Counted from the first letter of the stretch, positions 19,355 to 29,433 are shown. The stretch is 64,000 bases of DNA from Kiritimatiellia bacterium (GCA_050949565.1 JBMNFY010000006.1:32001-96000), one strand, 5' to 3'. The notes: generated from the sequence alone by a model not told the origin. Made by a program: numbers and translations.

Positions 19355-19721
19355 TAAGTCAATTATAGAGAAAGTTCGGCAGTACCTCGGACTGGTTCGT
19401 AACGCCGGGGTCGATGTCACGTCGGGCGTCATCTACGGATCTGTCGCACGAGGCGAAGCAACCGAGGACAGCGACATTGATCTGTTGGTGCTCGCGCCCG
19501 AGTTTGACAGCGGCAAGGCCGACAGTCGCATTCGTCTCCTGTGGCGGCTACGTCAGTATGCCGATTCCCGCATCGAACCCGTTGCTGTGGGGGTTCGAGA
19601 GTTCGAAGAGGATGATGCCTCGCCGTTGATCGGTGCCGCTCGGCGTGACGGTTTCATGGTGTCCTTGCCGGCTGTGGGGATGGTCGGCGAAGAGGCGTCC
19701 GATTATGGTGGCACAAAGTGA
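19347..19721 (+). CDS. minimal nucleotidyltransferase (MNT) antitoxin
   Basis: IYGSVARGEATEDSDIDLLV motif; RIEPV. Confidence 0.9.
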   Translation: MVDKSIIEKVRQYLGLVRNAGVDVTSGVIYGSVARGEATEDSDIDLLVLAPEFDSGKADSRIRLLWRLRQYADSRIEPVAVGVREFEEDDASPLIGAARRDGFMVSLPAVGMVGEEASDYGGTK

Positions 19722-19726
19722 AGTTG

Positions 19727-19950
19727 CCTAATACCTGTCCCCACACTTAGTCCCATACACTTAGCCGACTGCGCTAGCGACGAAGTGTAACCGACGAAGT
19801 GTAGGGACTAAGCGTAAAACTGCACAAGCCAGTCATCCGTCTTGCGAAGCACCGGGAGGGGCAAGCGTCTGCTTGCCCGCGGACGAGCAGACGCTCGTCC
19901 CTCCCATCCTGCGGTAAAAAATCTGCGTAAATCTGCGGATAAAACCAAAA
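19727..19950. repeat. repeat mosaic: degenerate ACCTGTCCC site, ACACTTAGTCCC/GGGACTAAG inverted pair, REP doublet (array module B), AAATCTGCG tandem
   Basis: Shares CCGACGAAGTGTAGGGACTAAG and GGGAGGGGCAAGCGTCTGCTTGCCCGCGGACGAGCAGACGCTCGTCCCTCCC with the 22.1-23.3 kb array. Confidence 0.8.
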
Positions 19951-20069
19951 CCACTTCAACTGCTTGCAAATTGTAAGCCGTTCGTTTTCCTCTGCTCTTT
20001 TGTTCAACACACAAAAATCACGCGGCGCGTCATTCAAGGTCGGAATCTGGATGAGCGTCGGCGTCATGC

Positions 20070-20755
20070 CTACAATTCCCCACGAAAGGCTTTGGCGAGA
20101 AGGGCGGATTGGAATTGCGCAATCTCTTGCGTTGTTTCTGTTTGGAGCGCTTCCAACGCTGTCTGTTTTTCTTGGAAGATGGTCAGTTCGTCAACGATAG
20201 CTTGCTGCCTTTGGATGTCGGGGATCGGTATCTCCAGACTGCTCCAGGCTGACGTTTCAAGTTTTTTGGTGCCGTGGCCAGCGGTTTCGATCATACCTTG
20301 CAAAAGATCATTAGCTCCCCAAAGCATGTGGGCGAGGTAGTCGGCTAAGATGCCTTTGGCTGGCACAATGGCTTTCATGTCCTGATTGATTGCGCACGGC
20401 ACATCGGAAACAGCGACAGGAACGTAACGGGCCAATATCATTCCGCGGACGACAAAGAGCACTGAATGAGCCGGGATCAGCTTGGCGGGAGATTCAGCAA
20501 TCGCGGCTTCGGTGATTGGCATGGACGATGTCGCAATACGAAAGGATTTCATCTCCTTGGGCGCAATCCACGGAATATCGCCATCCCAGAAATCGGCGCG
20601 TTCTTTTGAGGGCGTTCCGCCGCCCATCACTTTGCCGCACTTGCCAAGCGGCCTTGCGGGAAACTCTGATAGAAGCGAGCGATATAGATTCCGCCTTACG
20701 TGGAAAAACAGCGTGGTCATTTTATCCACTGCCGCTTGCCGCAGTTTTCGCGCCC
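20070..20755 (-). pseudogene. hsdS: type I restriction-modification specificity subunit, C-terminal half only
   Basis: GGGTPSK, IPWIAPKEM, AINQDMKAI, LEIPIPDIQRQQAIV and LLAKAFRGEL; only one TRD and no credible start. Confidence 0.8.
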
Positions 20756-21913
20756 CCAGGCGCCGGGTTTGATCTCCTCGCCTTCCCACTCGGCGCCATC
20801 GTAGGTCAGTACGCTCTCGGCGTGGTAGATGCGGTACTTGGAGAGATAGCCGTCATTGATGCCGCGCTGGATGCCGTATTCAAAAGTTGGACGCCCTTCT
20901 TTTTTTACCGCATCCCAGCAGTCGAAAAAGATGTAGGTGTTGCGGATCAGGCGGCGCTCGTGTTCGCTGATCACGTGCAACTCGCCGGGGTTCGGCGTGG
21001 CGGTCAGGCCGATGTGGATGGCGTCGAAATGGCCGAGCGTGGCGCGGTGGGTGTTGTAGATGGAGCGGTGGCATTCATCGGTGACCACGAGATCGAAATA
21101 GCCGTGGCCGAATCCGTTGCCGCCGAGCTGCGAGGCGATGGTGTCCAGCGTGCCGACGACGATCTGCCCTTCCAGACTGCGCTTGCCGCCGTAAAGGATG
21201 GTTGTCGGCCAGTCGCGCAGATATTCGTCAAAGGTCTCCTTGGCCTGCTTGGCCAATTCGATGCGGTCGACCAGAAAGAGCACGCGGGAGATGATCGCCG
21301 TTTGCAACCAGCGTTTCATCAACATGGCGATGGTCAGGGTCTTGCCTGTGCCGGTGGCCATTTCGAAGAGCATGCGCCGTCGGCCGGCGATGAGCGCGTC
21401 ATCCGCTTTTTTCAGGCATTCAAGCTGATAGGGGCGCGCTTCGATCTCCTCGCCCTTGAAAACGAAACGGCTGGGCAAAGATTGAAGCGAGAGGCTCTGC
21501 CGGATGTCGCCCTTGCGGTGGAGCTTGATGTTGGCCCGCCGTTCGAGGTCGGCCTGTGAAGGAAAGCCCATGACGGGGCGGGCGTCGCCATCGGCGTAGT
21601 CCCAGAAGTAGTGTTCCTGGCCGTTGCTCAGGATGACAAAAGGCGCATTCAGCGATTGGGCATACGCCTTGGCCTGTTCTTTGGCGGTGTAGGGGTCGAT
21701 GGTGAAACGCTTGGCTTCGAGAACGGCAAGCGGGCGGCTGCGGGTATCCTTCAAGAGGTAATCGGCACGCCCGTCGGCGGTCGGTTCTTCCGTGGAGACC
21801 TGAGCCTTGTCGGTGATGCGCCAACCTGCCTGCTCAAGCAGCTTGTCGATCAACATGCGGGCGTCGGCTTCTGTGCTCATGAATTGCGTTCCTGGTTGTG
21901 TCATTTGCCCCAA
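20717..21913 (-). pseudogene. hsdR: type I restriction endonuclease subunit R (EcoEI-like), C-terminally truncated
   Basis: GRADYLL/VLEAK nuclease, RPYQ, MATGTGKT, LFLVDR, DECHRS and GLTATP motifs; helicase C-terminal domain is missing. Confidence 0.85.
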
Positions 21914-21967
21914 CTTAAGATACCTTTTACTATATTCAGGCAGGGGCGGATTTTCAATTACTTTGTT

Positions 21968-21992
21968 TTGTGCAACTAAGGGACAGGTGTTT
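21968..21992 (-). repeat. ACCTGTCCC-family site, inverted copy
   Basis: TTGTGCAACTAAGGGACAGGTGTTT, 24/25 identical to the copy at 23321. Confidence 0.8.
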
Positions 21993-22095
21993 TGCGTAAC
22001 GACGAGTGCAAAAGCGGTTGGAATGTCATTTTTGGAGGGCGAGTGTCCTCACGAGCCGCCTTCCGCTGTGCGGAGGGATGGTTTCAGGGTTCATT

Positions 22096-23304
22096 GCGGA
22101 GCGTCGGGAGGGACGAGCGTCGCTCGTCCGGGCGGCGTTTTACGCCGCCATCACGGGCAAGATGCCCGTGCCACATCTAGTCACCCGTCTCGCGGAGCAC
22201 TGGGAGGGGCAAGCGTCTGCTTGCCCGCGGACGAGCAGACGCTCGTCCCTCCCCAGCGGCGCGCACTGGGAGGGGCAAGCGTCTGCTTGCCCGCGGACGA
22301 GCAGACGCTCGTCCCTCCCCAGCGGCGGTCACGCCGCCACCCCGTAAAAAAATCTCTGCGCCTCCGCGTCTCTGCGTTAAAAACCGACGAAGTGTAGGGA
22401 CTAAGTGTTGCTCTGCTTTTTCGCCGCTGCATAAGCCATTCATCCGTCTCGCGGAGCGCCGGGAGGGACGAGCGTTGCTCGTCCGGGCGGCGTTTTACGC
22501 CGCCATCACGGGCAAGATGCCCGTGCCACATCTAGTCACCCGTCTCGCGGAGCACTGGGAGGGGCAAGCGTCTGCTTGCCCGCGGACGAGCAGACGCTCG
22601 TCCCTCCCCAGCGGCGGTCACGCCGCCACCCCGTAAAAAAATCTCTGCGCCTCCGCGTCTCTGCGTTAAAAAACCGACGAAGTGTAGGGACTAAGTGTTG
22701 CTCTGCTTTTTCGCCGCTGCATAAGCCATTCATCCGTCTCGCGGAGCACTGGGAGGGGCAAGCGTCTGCTTGCCCGCGGACGAGCAGACGCTCGTCCCTC
22801 CCCAGCGGCGGTCACGCCGCCACCCCGTAAAAAAATCTCTGCGCCTCCGCGTCTCTGCGTTAAAAAACCGACGAAGTGTAGGGACTAAGTGTTGCTCTGC
22901 TTTTTCGCCGCTGCATAAGCCATTCATCCGTCTCGCGGAGCGCCGGGAGGGACGAGCGTTGCTCGTCCGGGCGGCGTTTTACGCCGCCATCACGGGCAAG
23001 ATGCCCGTGCCACATCTAGTCACCCGTCTCGCGGAGCACTGGGAGGGGCAAGCGTCTGCTTGCCCGCGGACGAGCAGACGCTCGTCCCTCCCCAGCGGCG
23101 CTCACGCCGCCACCCCGTAAAAAAATCTCTGCGCCTCCGCGTCTCTGCGTTAAAAAACCGACGAAGTGTAGGGACTAAGTGTTGCTCTGCTTTTTCGCCG
23201 CTGCATAAGCCATTCATCCGTCTCGCGGAGCGCCGGGAGGGACGAGCGTTGCTCGTCCGGGCGGCGTTTTACGCCGCCATCACGGGCAAGATGCCCGTGC
23301 CACA
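22096..23304. repeat. mosaic REP/BIME-like tandem array, module order A-B-B-C-A-BC-BC-A-BC-A
   Basis: A = 96 bp (22096, 22451, 22935, partial 23225); BC = 194 bp (22547, 22741, 23031); junctions share CCGTCTCGCGGAGC; modules contain multiple 8 bp-stem hairpins. Confidence 0.92.
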
Positions 23305-23320
23305 CAGCCCGGTACCGGTC

Positions 23321-23349
23321 TTGTGCAACAAAGGGACAGGTGTTTAGAC
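23321..23349 (-). repeat. ACCTGTCCC-family site, inverted copy closing the accessory block
   Basis: Reverse complement GTCTAAACACCTGTCCCTTTGTTG matches 17804-17827 with one mismatch. Confidence 0.8.
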
Positions 23350-23387
23350 GATTCAAAGTCAATCAGGATTTTGACGGGACGGTGATC

Positions 23388-23468
23388 TTAAACAATCGAT
23401 CCCGATAGCGATCCCGATCCCGATTTGGATGAAACCTTGAAACCAAAGAAAGTTGAAATTTTTTTAGG
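23388..23468. repeat. partial copy of the MITE-like element interior/end
   Basis: TTAAACAATCGATCCCGATAGCGATCCCGATCCCGATTTGGATGAAACCTTGAAACCAAAG...TTTTTAGG matches 16593-16706. Confidence 0.75.
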
Positions 23469-23780
23469 CGCAGAGGCACAGAGGTTGCCCTTGTCGGGCC
23501 GATACGACCAATAAAACAAACTACTGCTACGCGAGGATGATGGCACGTGCTTCGCGGATAAAAAAGGCTTTGCACGCCTGCCAGTCGAAGGGCACCAGCA
23601 TAAAATCTGAAACCAAAGCGGTTGCCCCGCGACGTTCGACCCGCGACTTGCGGCTCCTGAATCACAAATCACAAATCACAAATTCTTGGTACAATGGGCG
23701 TTGATCGTGGAAACTGGCGTGTCTTGGGCTCATCCATATGGGGGAGGGGCACGGACGCACCGCAAGAAAAAGAGAGGCCT

Positions 23781-23950
23781 GGATGATGATGAGGACAGTT
23801 CGATACGAAAAGCCGGACGCGGGGAAAACACTGCGTGAAATTGCCGGGTGTGTTACGGCGATCGCGGTGGCGGACGGCGCGGACGTGCAGAGCGTGGACT
23901 ACGAGAAGCTCGCCGCCCGGCTGGAGCAGGACGGGCAGGTGTTCAAGTGA
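23781..23950 (+). pseudogene. probable C-terminal remnant of an FAD-dependent oxidoreductase
   Basis: AIAVADGADVQSVDYEKLAARLEQDGQV resembles the C-terminus of FAD_oxidored-family proteins; upstream part is absent. Confidence 0.45.
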
Positions 23951-24013
23951 GCGCGCGGCACAACAATCCTGTTATGTAAAAAAACTTGGTGAGAACGTGT
24001 TCTGGAGGGAACG

Positions 24014-24235
24014 GTGATGGCATGGATGGATGCGGAGTTTTGTGAGTCGCGTTGCCCGGTGTGTACGCGGGCGCGGCGGGGCAACCGGCTGGCCAAGCTG
24101 TTGCAGAAGCTGGAGATGGCGTTGACCGGCGGCGGCTGCCCGGCGGGCCGGGCGCGACAGCGGAAATACGGCGTGCGCCCGGATGAACCGCTACCGCGCG
24201 ACCGCGCGTGCGCGGCGCGTGGAGTTAGGAGTTAA
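24014..24235 (+). CDS. small Cys-rich hypothetical protein
   Basis: GGAGG RBS; CxxxCPVC...CP pattern; 73 aa. Confidence 0.55.
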   Translation: MMAWMDAEFCESRCPVCTRARRGNRLAKLLQKLEMALTGGGCPAGRARQRKYGVRPDEPLPRDRACAARGVRS

Positions 24236-24312
24236 CATTTAGGATTTAGGAGTTTCCTGAACAGCCGGAAAAAATTCCTAAAATTGCTCTCACCTCTTAC
24301 CTATTACTTCTT
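24221..24312. repeat. 7-mer tandem tracts between convergent genes
   Basis: (T/G)TTAGGA units followed by TTAC(C/T)(T/A)-rich 7-mer units. Confidence 0.6.
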
Positions 24313-25831
24313 ACTTACCTATTACTTTTTCCGCGATGGCGGCGCAGGTCGGGGCGGAGGCCAGCAGCGACGTGAAGTCGAGCCGCTCTTCGATCGCGCG
24401 CTGCGCGGGCGTGGCAAGGTCGGCATGGCCGACAAGCAGTGCGCCGACCATGCGGTTGTCGCGGAAGACGAAGGCACGGTAGCGGTCGGGCAGATCCTCT
24501 TCCAAAAACAGTTCGCTGCCGTCTTCCGGCTGGAAGCGGCCGATACTGGTGAGATCAAGGCCGACGGCCTTGATGGTGCTGCTGCGGGGCAGACCGTCGA
24601 AGCGCGCGTTGCCGCCGACGGCATTGCGTCCGGCGATCGTGCCTTGCATCTGCGCAGCGGTCCACAGTCCGTAAAGCTGGCCGTCGAACTCAGCCACGTC
24701 ACCGGCGGCATACACGCCGTCGACCGAGGTGGCGAGCGCGTTATCAACGACGATGCCGGTGTTGACCTTGATTCCGGCCTGATGCGCTAGCGCGATGTTC
24801 GGACGCACACCGATGGTAATCACTGCGAGGCGTGCGGGCAGACGGTGGCCATCAAGCAGTTGCACAGCTTCGAGCGCTTTCTCGCCTTCAAGGGACTGGG
24901 TTTGCGCCTGCTTGAGGATCGTGATGCCGATTCCGCTCAGGTGGCGCTCCAGGTGTGCCGCTGCGGCGGCGTTGAGCTGGCGCTGCATGAGCCAGTCGCT
25001 GCGTTCGAGGAGGGTGACGGCCGCGCCGCACCGCGCCAACGCGGCGGCGGTCTCGATACCCAATACGCCACCGCCGATGCAGATGCAGGGCGTGCCGGGC
25101 GTGAGGCGAGCGAGCAATGCGTCCGCGTCGGTGACCGTGCGCAGGCTGAAGACGCCGTCAAGTTCGATGCCGGGTAGCGGCGGCATGTTGGGGGATGCGC
25201 CTGCGGTGAGCATCAGGCGGTCGTACGGCAGCGTGGTGCCGTCGGCGAGCGACGCCGTGCGCGCGGTGGTGTCGAGTTGCGTGACCTGCGCACTGCGCAG
25301 CAGGCGGATGCGTTGTTCGGCGTACCACGCTTCGGGATGGATGGGCAGCGCATCGCGCGTGATTTCACCGGCTAGGTAGCGGGTGAGGCTGAGGCGGTAG
25401 TAGGGCAATCCCTTTTCGGATGAGACCAGCGTGATCTCGGTGGAGGGCGACGCGGCGCGTGCAGCTTCGGCGGCGGCGAGGCCGGCGATGCCGCCACCAA
25501 CGATCACGAGGCGCGCGGTGGTTGCGGCTGACGCGGTTGACGCGACCGGTGCGGCTTCGGTTTCGACTTTCTTGAAGCACTCGGGTTCTGCACCGCAAAC
25601 GGGGCAGGGGTCTGGCGGTTCCGGCCCTTCGTGGACGTAGTTGCAGAGCAGGCAGCGCCAGCGCGTCTGTGCGAGGCCCGACGCGGCTTCTGTGCCCGGT
25701 GCCGCGTAGGGCTTGAAGTCTCCCGGTCCGGCACCGCAAACGGGACAGCGATCCGGCGGTTCATTTCCGGTATGGATGTAACCGCACGGGACACAGCGCC
25801 ACTGGCGTATGGAGGTTGGTTGCTCGCTCAT
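24311..25831 (-). CDS. FAD-dependent NAD(P)H oxidoreductase with two N-terminal rubredoxin-like domains
   Basis: WRCVPCGYIH...CPVCG and WRCLLCNYVH...CPVCG; IVGGGIAG, IGGGVLGIE and YAAGD motifs. Confidence 0.9.
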   Translation of the reverse strand: MSEQPTSIRQWRCVPCGYIHTGNEPPDRCPVCGAGPGDFKPYAAPGTEAASGLAQTRWRCLLCNYVHEGPEPPDPCPVCGAEPECFKKVETEAAPVASTASAATTARLVIVGGGIAGLAAAEAARAASPSTEITLVSSEKGLPYYRLSLTRYLAGEITRDALPIHPEAWYAEQRIRLLRSAQVTQLDTTARTASLADGTTLPYDRLMLTAGASPNMPPLPGIELDGVFSLRTVTDADALLARLTPGTPCICIGGGVLGIETAAALARCGAAVTLLERSDWLMQRQLNAAAAAHLERHLSGIGITILKQAQTQSLEGEKALEAVQLLDGHRLPARLAVITIGVRPNIALAHQAGIKVNTGIVVDNALATSVDGVYAAGDVAEFDGQLYGLWTAAQMQGTIAGRNAVGGNARFDGLPRSSTIKAVGLDLTSIGRFQPEDGSELFLEEDLPDRYRAFVFRDNRMVGALLVGHADLATPAQRAIEERLDFTSLLASAPTCAAIAEKVIGK

Positions 25832-25876
25832 GTCGGAAATCTCCTGAACGTCTTGCTGACGAGTGACAAAGTAGGG

Positions 25877-26767
25877 TCAGCTCCGCTTGGCGCGCAGTTC
25901 GTCGGCCTTCGCGATAATAAAGTCGGAGAGGGCGGGGGCGATCTCGGCGTCTTGGAGCGCGTAGAGGATGTTGGTTTTAATGAAATCGAGGGTGTTGCCG
26001 GCATCGTGACGGCGCGCCTGTACGCGACAGCCGTGCATGGGGTGTCCGTCGGCCACGCGCGCGCGCAATGCATCGGTGATCTGGATCTCGCCGTTCTTTC
26101 CAGGCGGGACGGCGTCGATGTAATCGAAGATGTCGGGCGTGAGGATATAGCGGCTGGCGACGGCGAGGTTCGAGGGGGCTTCGGCAGGAGCGGGTTTTTC
26201 GATCATGTCGCGGATGCGGTAGGTGCGGTCGTCGAGTGCATCGCCGGCGATGATCCCGTAGCGGCTGACACGCTCGGGCGGCACTTCTTCGAGCGCGACG
26301 ACGCAACCGCCGAAACGGTCATGCACGTCGATGAGCTGGCGCGTGGCCGGCACGCCGTCAAGACTCTGCATCAGGGTGTCGCCGAGGAGGACTGCGAAAG
26401 GTTCGTCACCCACATGGTAACGCGCGCAGCGGATGGCGTCGCCGAGGCCGAGCATCTTGCGTTGCCAGACGAAGTGGATGTGGGCCAGTTCGGAGATGGC
26501 GCGGATGCTGGCCAGTTCCTTGAGTTTACCTTTGGCCTCCAGTTCCAGTTCCAACTCGAAGTTACGGTCGAAGTGCTCCTCCAAGGTGCGCTTGCCTCTG
26601 CCGATCACCATCAGGATATCGGTGATGCCGGAGGCCACGGCCTCTTCGACCACGTACTGGATGACCGGTGTATCGACGATCGGCAGCATCTCCTTGGGTG
26701 CCGCTTTGGTGGCGGGCAGGAAGCGCGTACCGAAACCGGCGGCGGGAATAACAGCTTTGGTAACCAT
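25877..26767 (-). CDS. galU: UTP--glucose-1-phosphate uridylyltransferase family
   Basis: KAVIPAAGFGTRFLPATKAAPKEMLPIVD, LGLGDAI, LLGD, IEKP and GEIQITDA. Confidence 0.92.
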   Translation of the reverse strand: MVTKAVIPAAGFGTRFLPATKAAPKEMLPIVDTPVIQYVVEEAVASGITDILMVIGRGKRTLEEHFDRNFELELELEAKGKLKELASIRAISELAHIHFVWQRKMLGLGDAIRCARYHVGDEPFAVLLGDTLMQSLDGVPATRQLIDVHDRFGGCVVALEEVPPERVSRYGIIAGDALDDRTYRIRDMIEKPAPAEAPSNLAVASRYILTPDIFDYIDAVPPGKNGEIQITDALRARVADGHPMHGCRVQARRHDAGNTLDFIKTNILYALQDAEIAPALSDFIIAKADELRAKRS

Positions 26768-26793
26768 GGGAAAACTCAACTCTCAATTTTCAA

Positions 26794-27789
26794 TCAGACG
26801 ATGACAGGTTTGAGGACGCGGATGTTTTGGGGCGCGAAAGCCTTGGCCAGCCGCTCGTACATGGCATCGTCGGTGTAAGTGCCGATGATGGCACCACCGG
26901 AGCCGGTGAACTTGGCGGAGGCACCTACCTCGCGCGCGGTTTCGACCATGCGCAGATTGCCCTCGCTGAGCTTGAAGATCTGGCGGCGGCGGTCGAAGTT
27001 GGCGTCCATCAACGCGGCAAGGGTGGGCCAGTCGCCCTCCGCCAGCGCGGTACGCGCCTGCACGGTGATGTCGGCCCAGAAGTTCATGGCGTCCACGACC
27101 TCCTTCTCGCCGCGGTTAAAACGGTCGCGGATGTTGTTGTGGAAGACTTCCGAGCCTTCCGAGAGGTCGGTGCGGTAGGCGATATAGAGCGGCGGCAGGT
27201 TGGAAATTTGCAGCGGCTCATAGCGGCCAAAGCCCTGGGTCTCGAGCAGCGTCTTATCGAAGTCCATGAAGACGACGCCTTGATAGACCTGCGCCACGCG
27301 GTCTTGCAGACCGGCGGCGATGCCCAGTTCGCGGGTCTCGACGGCGCGGATCAGGTTGGCGAGTTGAGGCTTGGGGATGGTGACTCCGTAGAAGGCCAGC
27401 AGGGCGCGCATGGTCGCCGTGATGATGGCACTGGAGCCGGCCAGGCCGACGAGGTTGGGGATGTTGGTGTCGTAGCGGATGGTGAAGTTGTTGTCGTGCA
27501 ACTCAATCTCATGTTCCTGGCAATAGCCGTAGAAGCACTTGATGGCCGACTTGAGCAGACGGATACCGCCGTAGTAGCCGAAAAGCCGCACGTCGTCGTA
27601 CAGCGACTGGATACTGGCGAAGACCGATCCGTCGCGACGGCAGGGCACGATCTCCAGGTCAGGCGACTCATAGAGCGTGACGCGCGCGGAAAAATTCGAA
27701 AAGGTAAAGGCAATGGTCTTTCCGAAATAACCATCGGAAGGATTCCCGATGAGCGCTGCGCGAGGATATGAGGTCGTGCGTATGATCAT
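26794..27789 (-). CDS. GHMP kinase, glucuronokinase-like
   Basis: [49 protein letters not shown] and KFTGSGGA match recalled plant glucuronokinase motifs. Confidence 0.8.
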   Translation of the reverse strand: MIIRTTSYPRAALIGNPSDGYFGKTIAFTFSNFSARVTLYESPDLEIVPCRRDGSVFASIQSLYDDVRLFGYYGGIRLLKSAIKCFYGYCQEHEIELHDNNFTIRYDTNIPNLVGLAGSSAIITATMRALLAFYGVTIPKPQLANLIRAVETRELGIAAGLQDRVAQVYQGVVFMDFDKTLLETQGFGRYEPLQISNLPPLYIAYRTDLSEGSEVFHNNIRDRFNRGEKEVVDAMNFWADITVQARTALAEGDWPTLAALMDANFDRRRQIFKLSEGNLRMVETAREVGASAKFTGSGGAIIGTYTDDAMYERLAKAFAPQNIRVLKPVIV

Positions 27790-27800
27790 GGCGACAGAGC

Positions 27801-27870
27801 AGTTAGGAGTTAGGAGTTAGGATTTAGGATTTAGGATTTAGGAGTTGGGAATTGGGGGTTGGGAGTTTTG
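27801..27870. repeat. 7-mer tandem repeat (AGTTAGG/ATTTAGG)n
   Basis: About ten consecutive heptamers, degenerating toward icd, between the icd stop and the GHMP kinase start. Confidence 0.85.
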
Positions 27871-27899
27871 ACTTCCTTTTCTCCGTCGGCCTATTCCGC

Positions 27900-29165
<1,266 letters not shown>

Positions 29166-29271
29166 GGTCGCTCTCTCCAAAAAAAGACATGAACGTTGAA
29201 AAGTCGCGCCAGTATACGGGATACCGCCGACCTTGGCAAACCGGATGTTGTTCGGGCTTGCAGGTTCCGGC

Positions 29272-29300
29272 TTGCATATCGCGCGAACGTCTGATACTTT
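29272..29300 (+). promoter_or_regulatory. putative promoter of tRNA-His
   Basis: TTGCAT-17 bp-TACTTT ending 15 bp before the tRNA. Confidence 0.4.
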
Positions 29301-29315
29301 ACCCACATCTTTCAT

Positions 29316-29393
29316 GGCGAAAATAGCTCAGTTGGTTAGAGCAGCAGATTGTGGATCTGCGGGTCGCGGGTTCGAGTCCCGTTTTTCGCCCCA
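29316..29393 (+). tRNA. tRNA-His(GUG)
   Basis: G-1 plus acceptor GCGAAAA/TTTTCGC, C73, encoded CCA; anticodon arm GCAGA-TTGTGGA-TCTGC; GGTTCGA T-loop. Confidence 0.97.
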
Positions 29394-29399
29394 GTTTTT

Positions 29400-29433
29400 A
29401 CCCCAGTAAAACTCCGGTTTTATTGGGGTTCTT
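29400..29433 (+). terminator. hairpin terminator after tRNA-His
   Basis: ACCCCAGTAAAAC-TCCG-GTTTTATTGGGGT then TCTT. Confidence 0.6.

Noticed and set aside
22096-23304. CRISPR array
   Set aside because: Units are 96-194 bp and repeat entirely; there are no unique spacers and no cas genes in the window.
23615-23660. tRNA-like fragment around GTTCGAC
   Set aside because: No cloverleaf, acceptor stem or CCA can be built.
21807-23672. Many short ORFs in the ORF track
   Set aside because: They are translations of repeat modules (identical peptides recur) with no RBS or protein-like features.
23955-23982. dif-like site (...ACAACAATCCTGTTATGTAAAAA)
   Set aside because: Only the XerD-like arm resembles consensus; the XerC arm and spacing fit poorly.
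25631-27771. Long plus-strand ORFs 25631..26878 and 26827..27771 (similarly 52420..53694, 59487..60725, 11122..12579 on minus)
   Set aside because: Antisense shadows of well-supported genes, expected in high-GC DNA.
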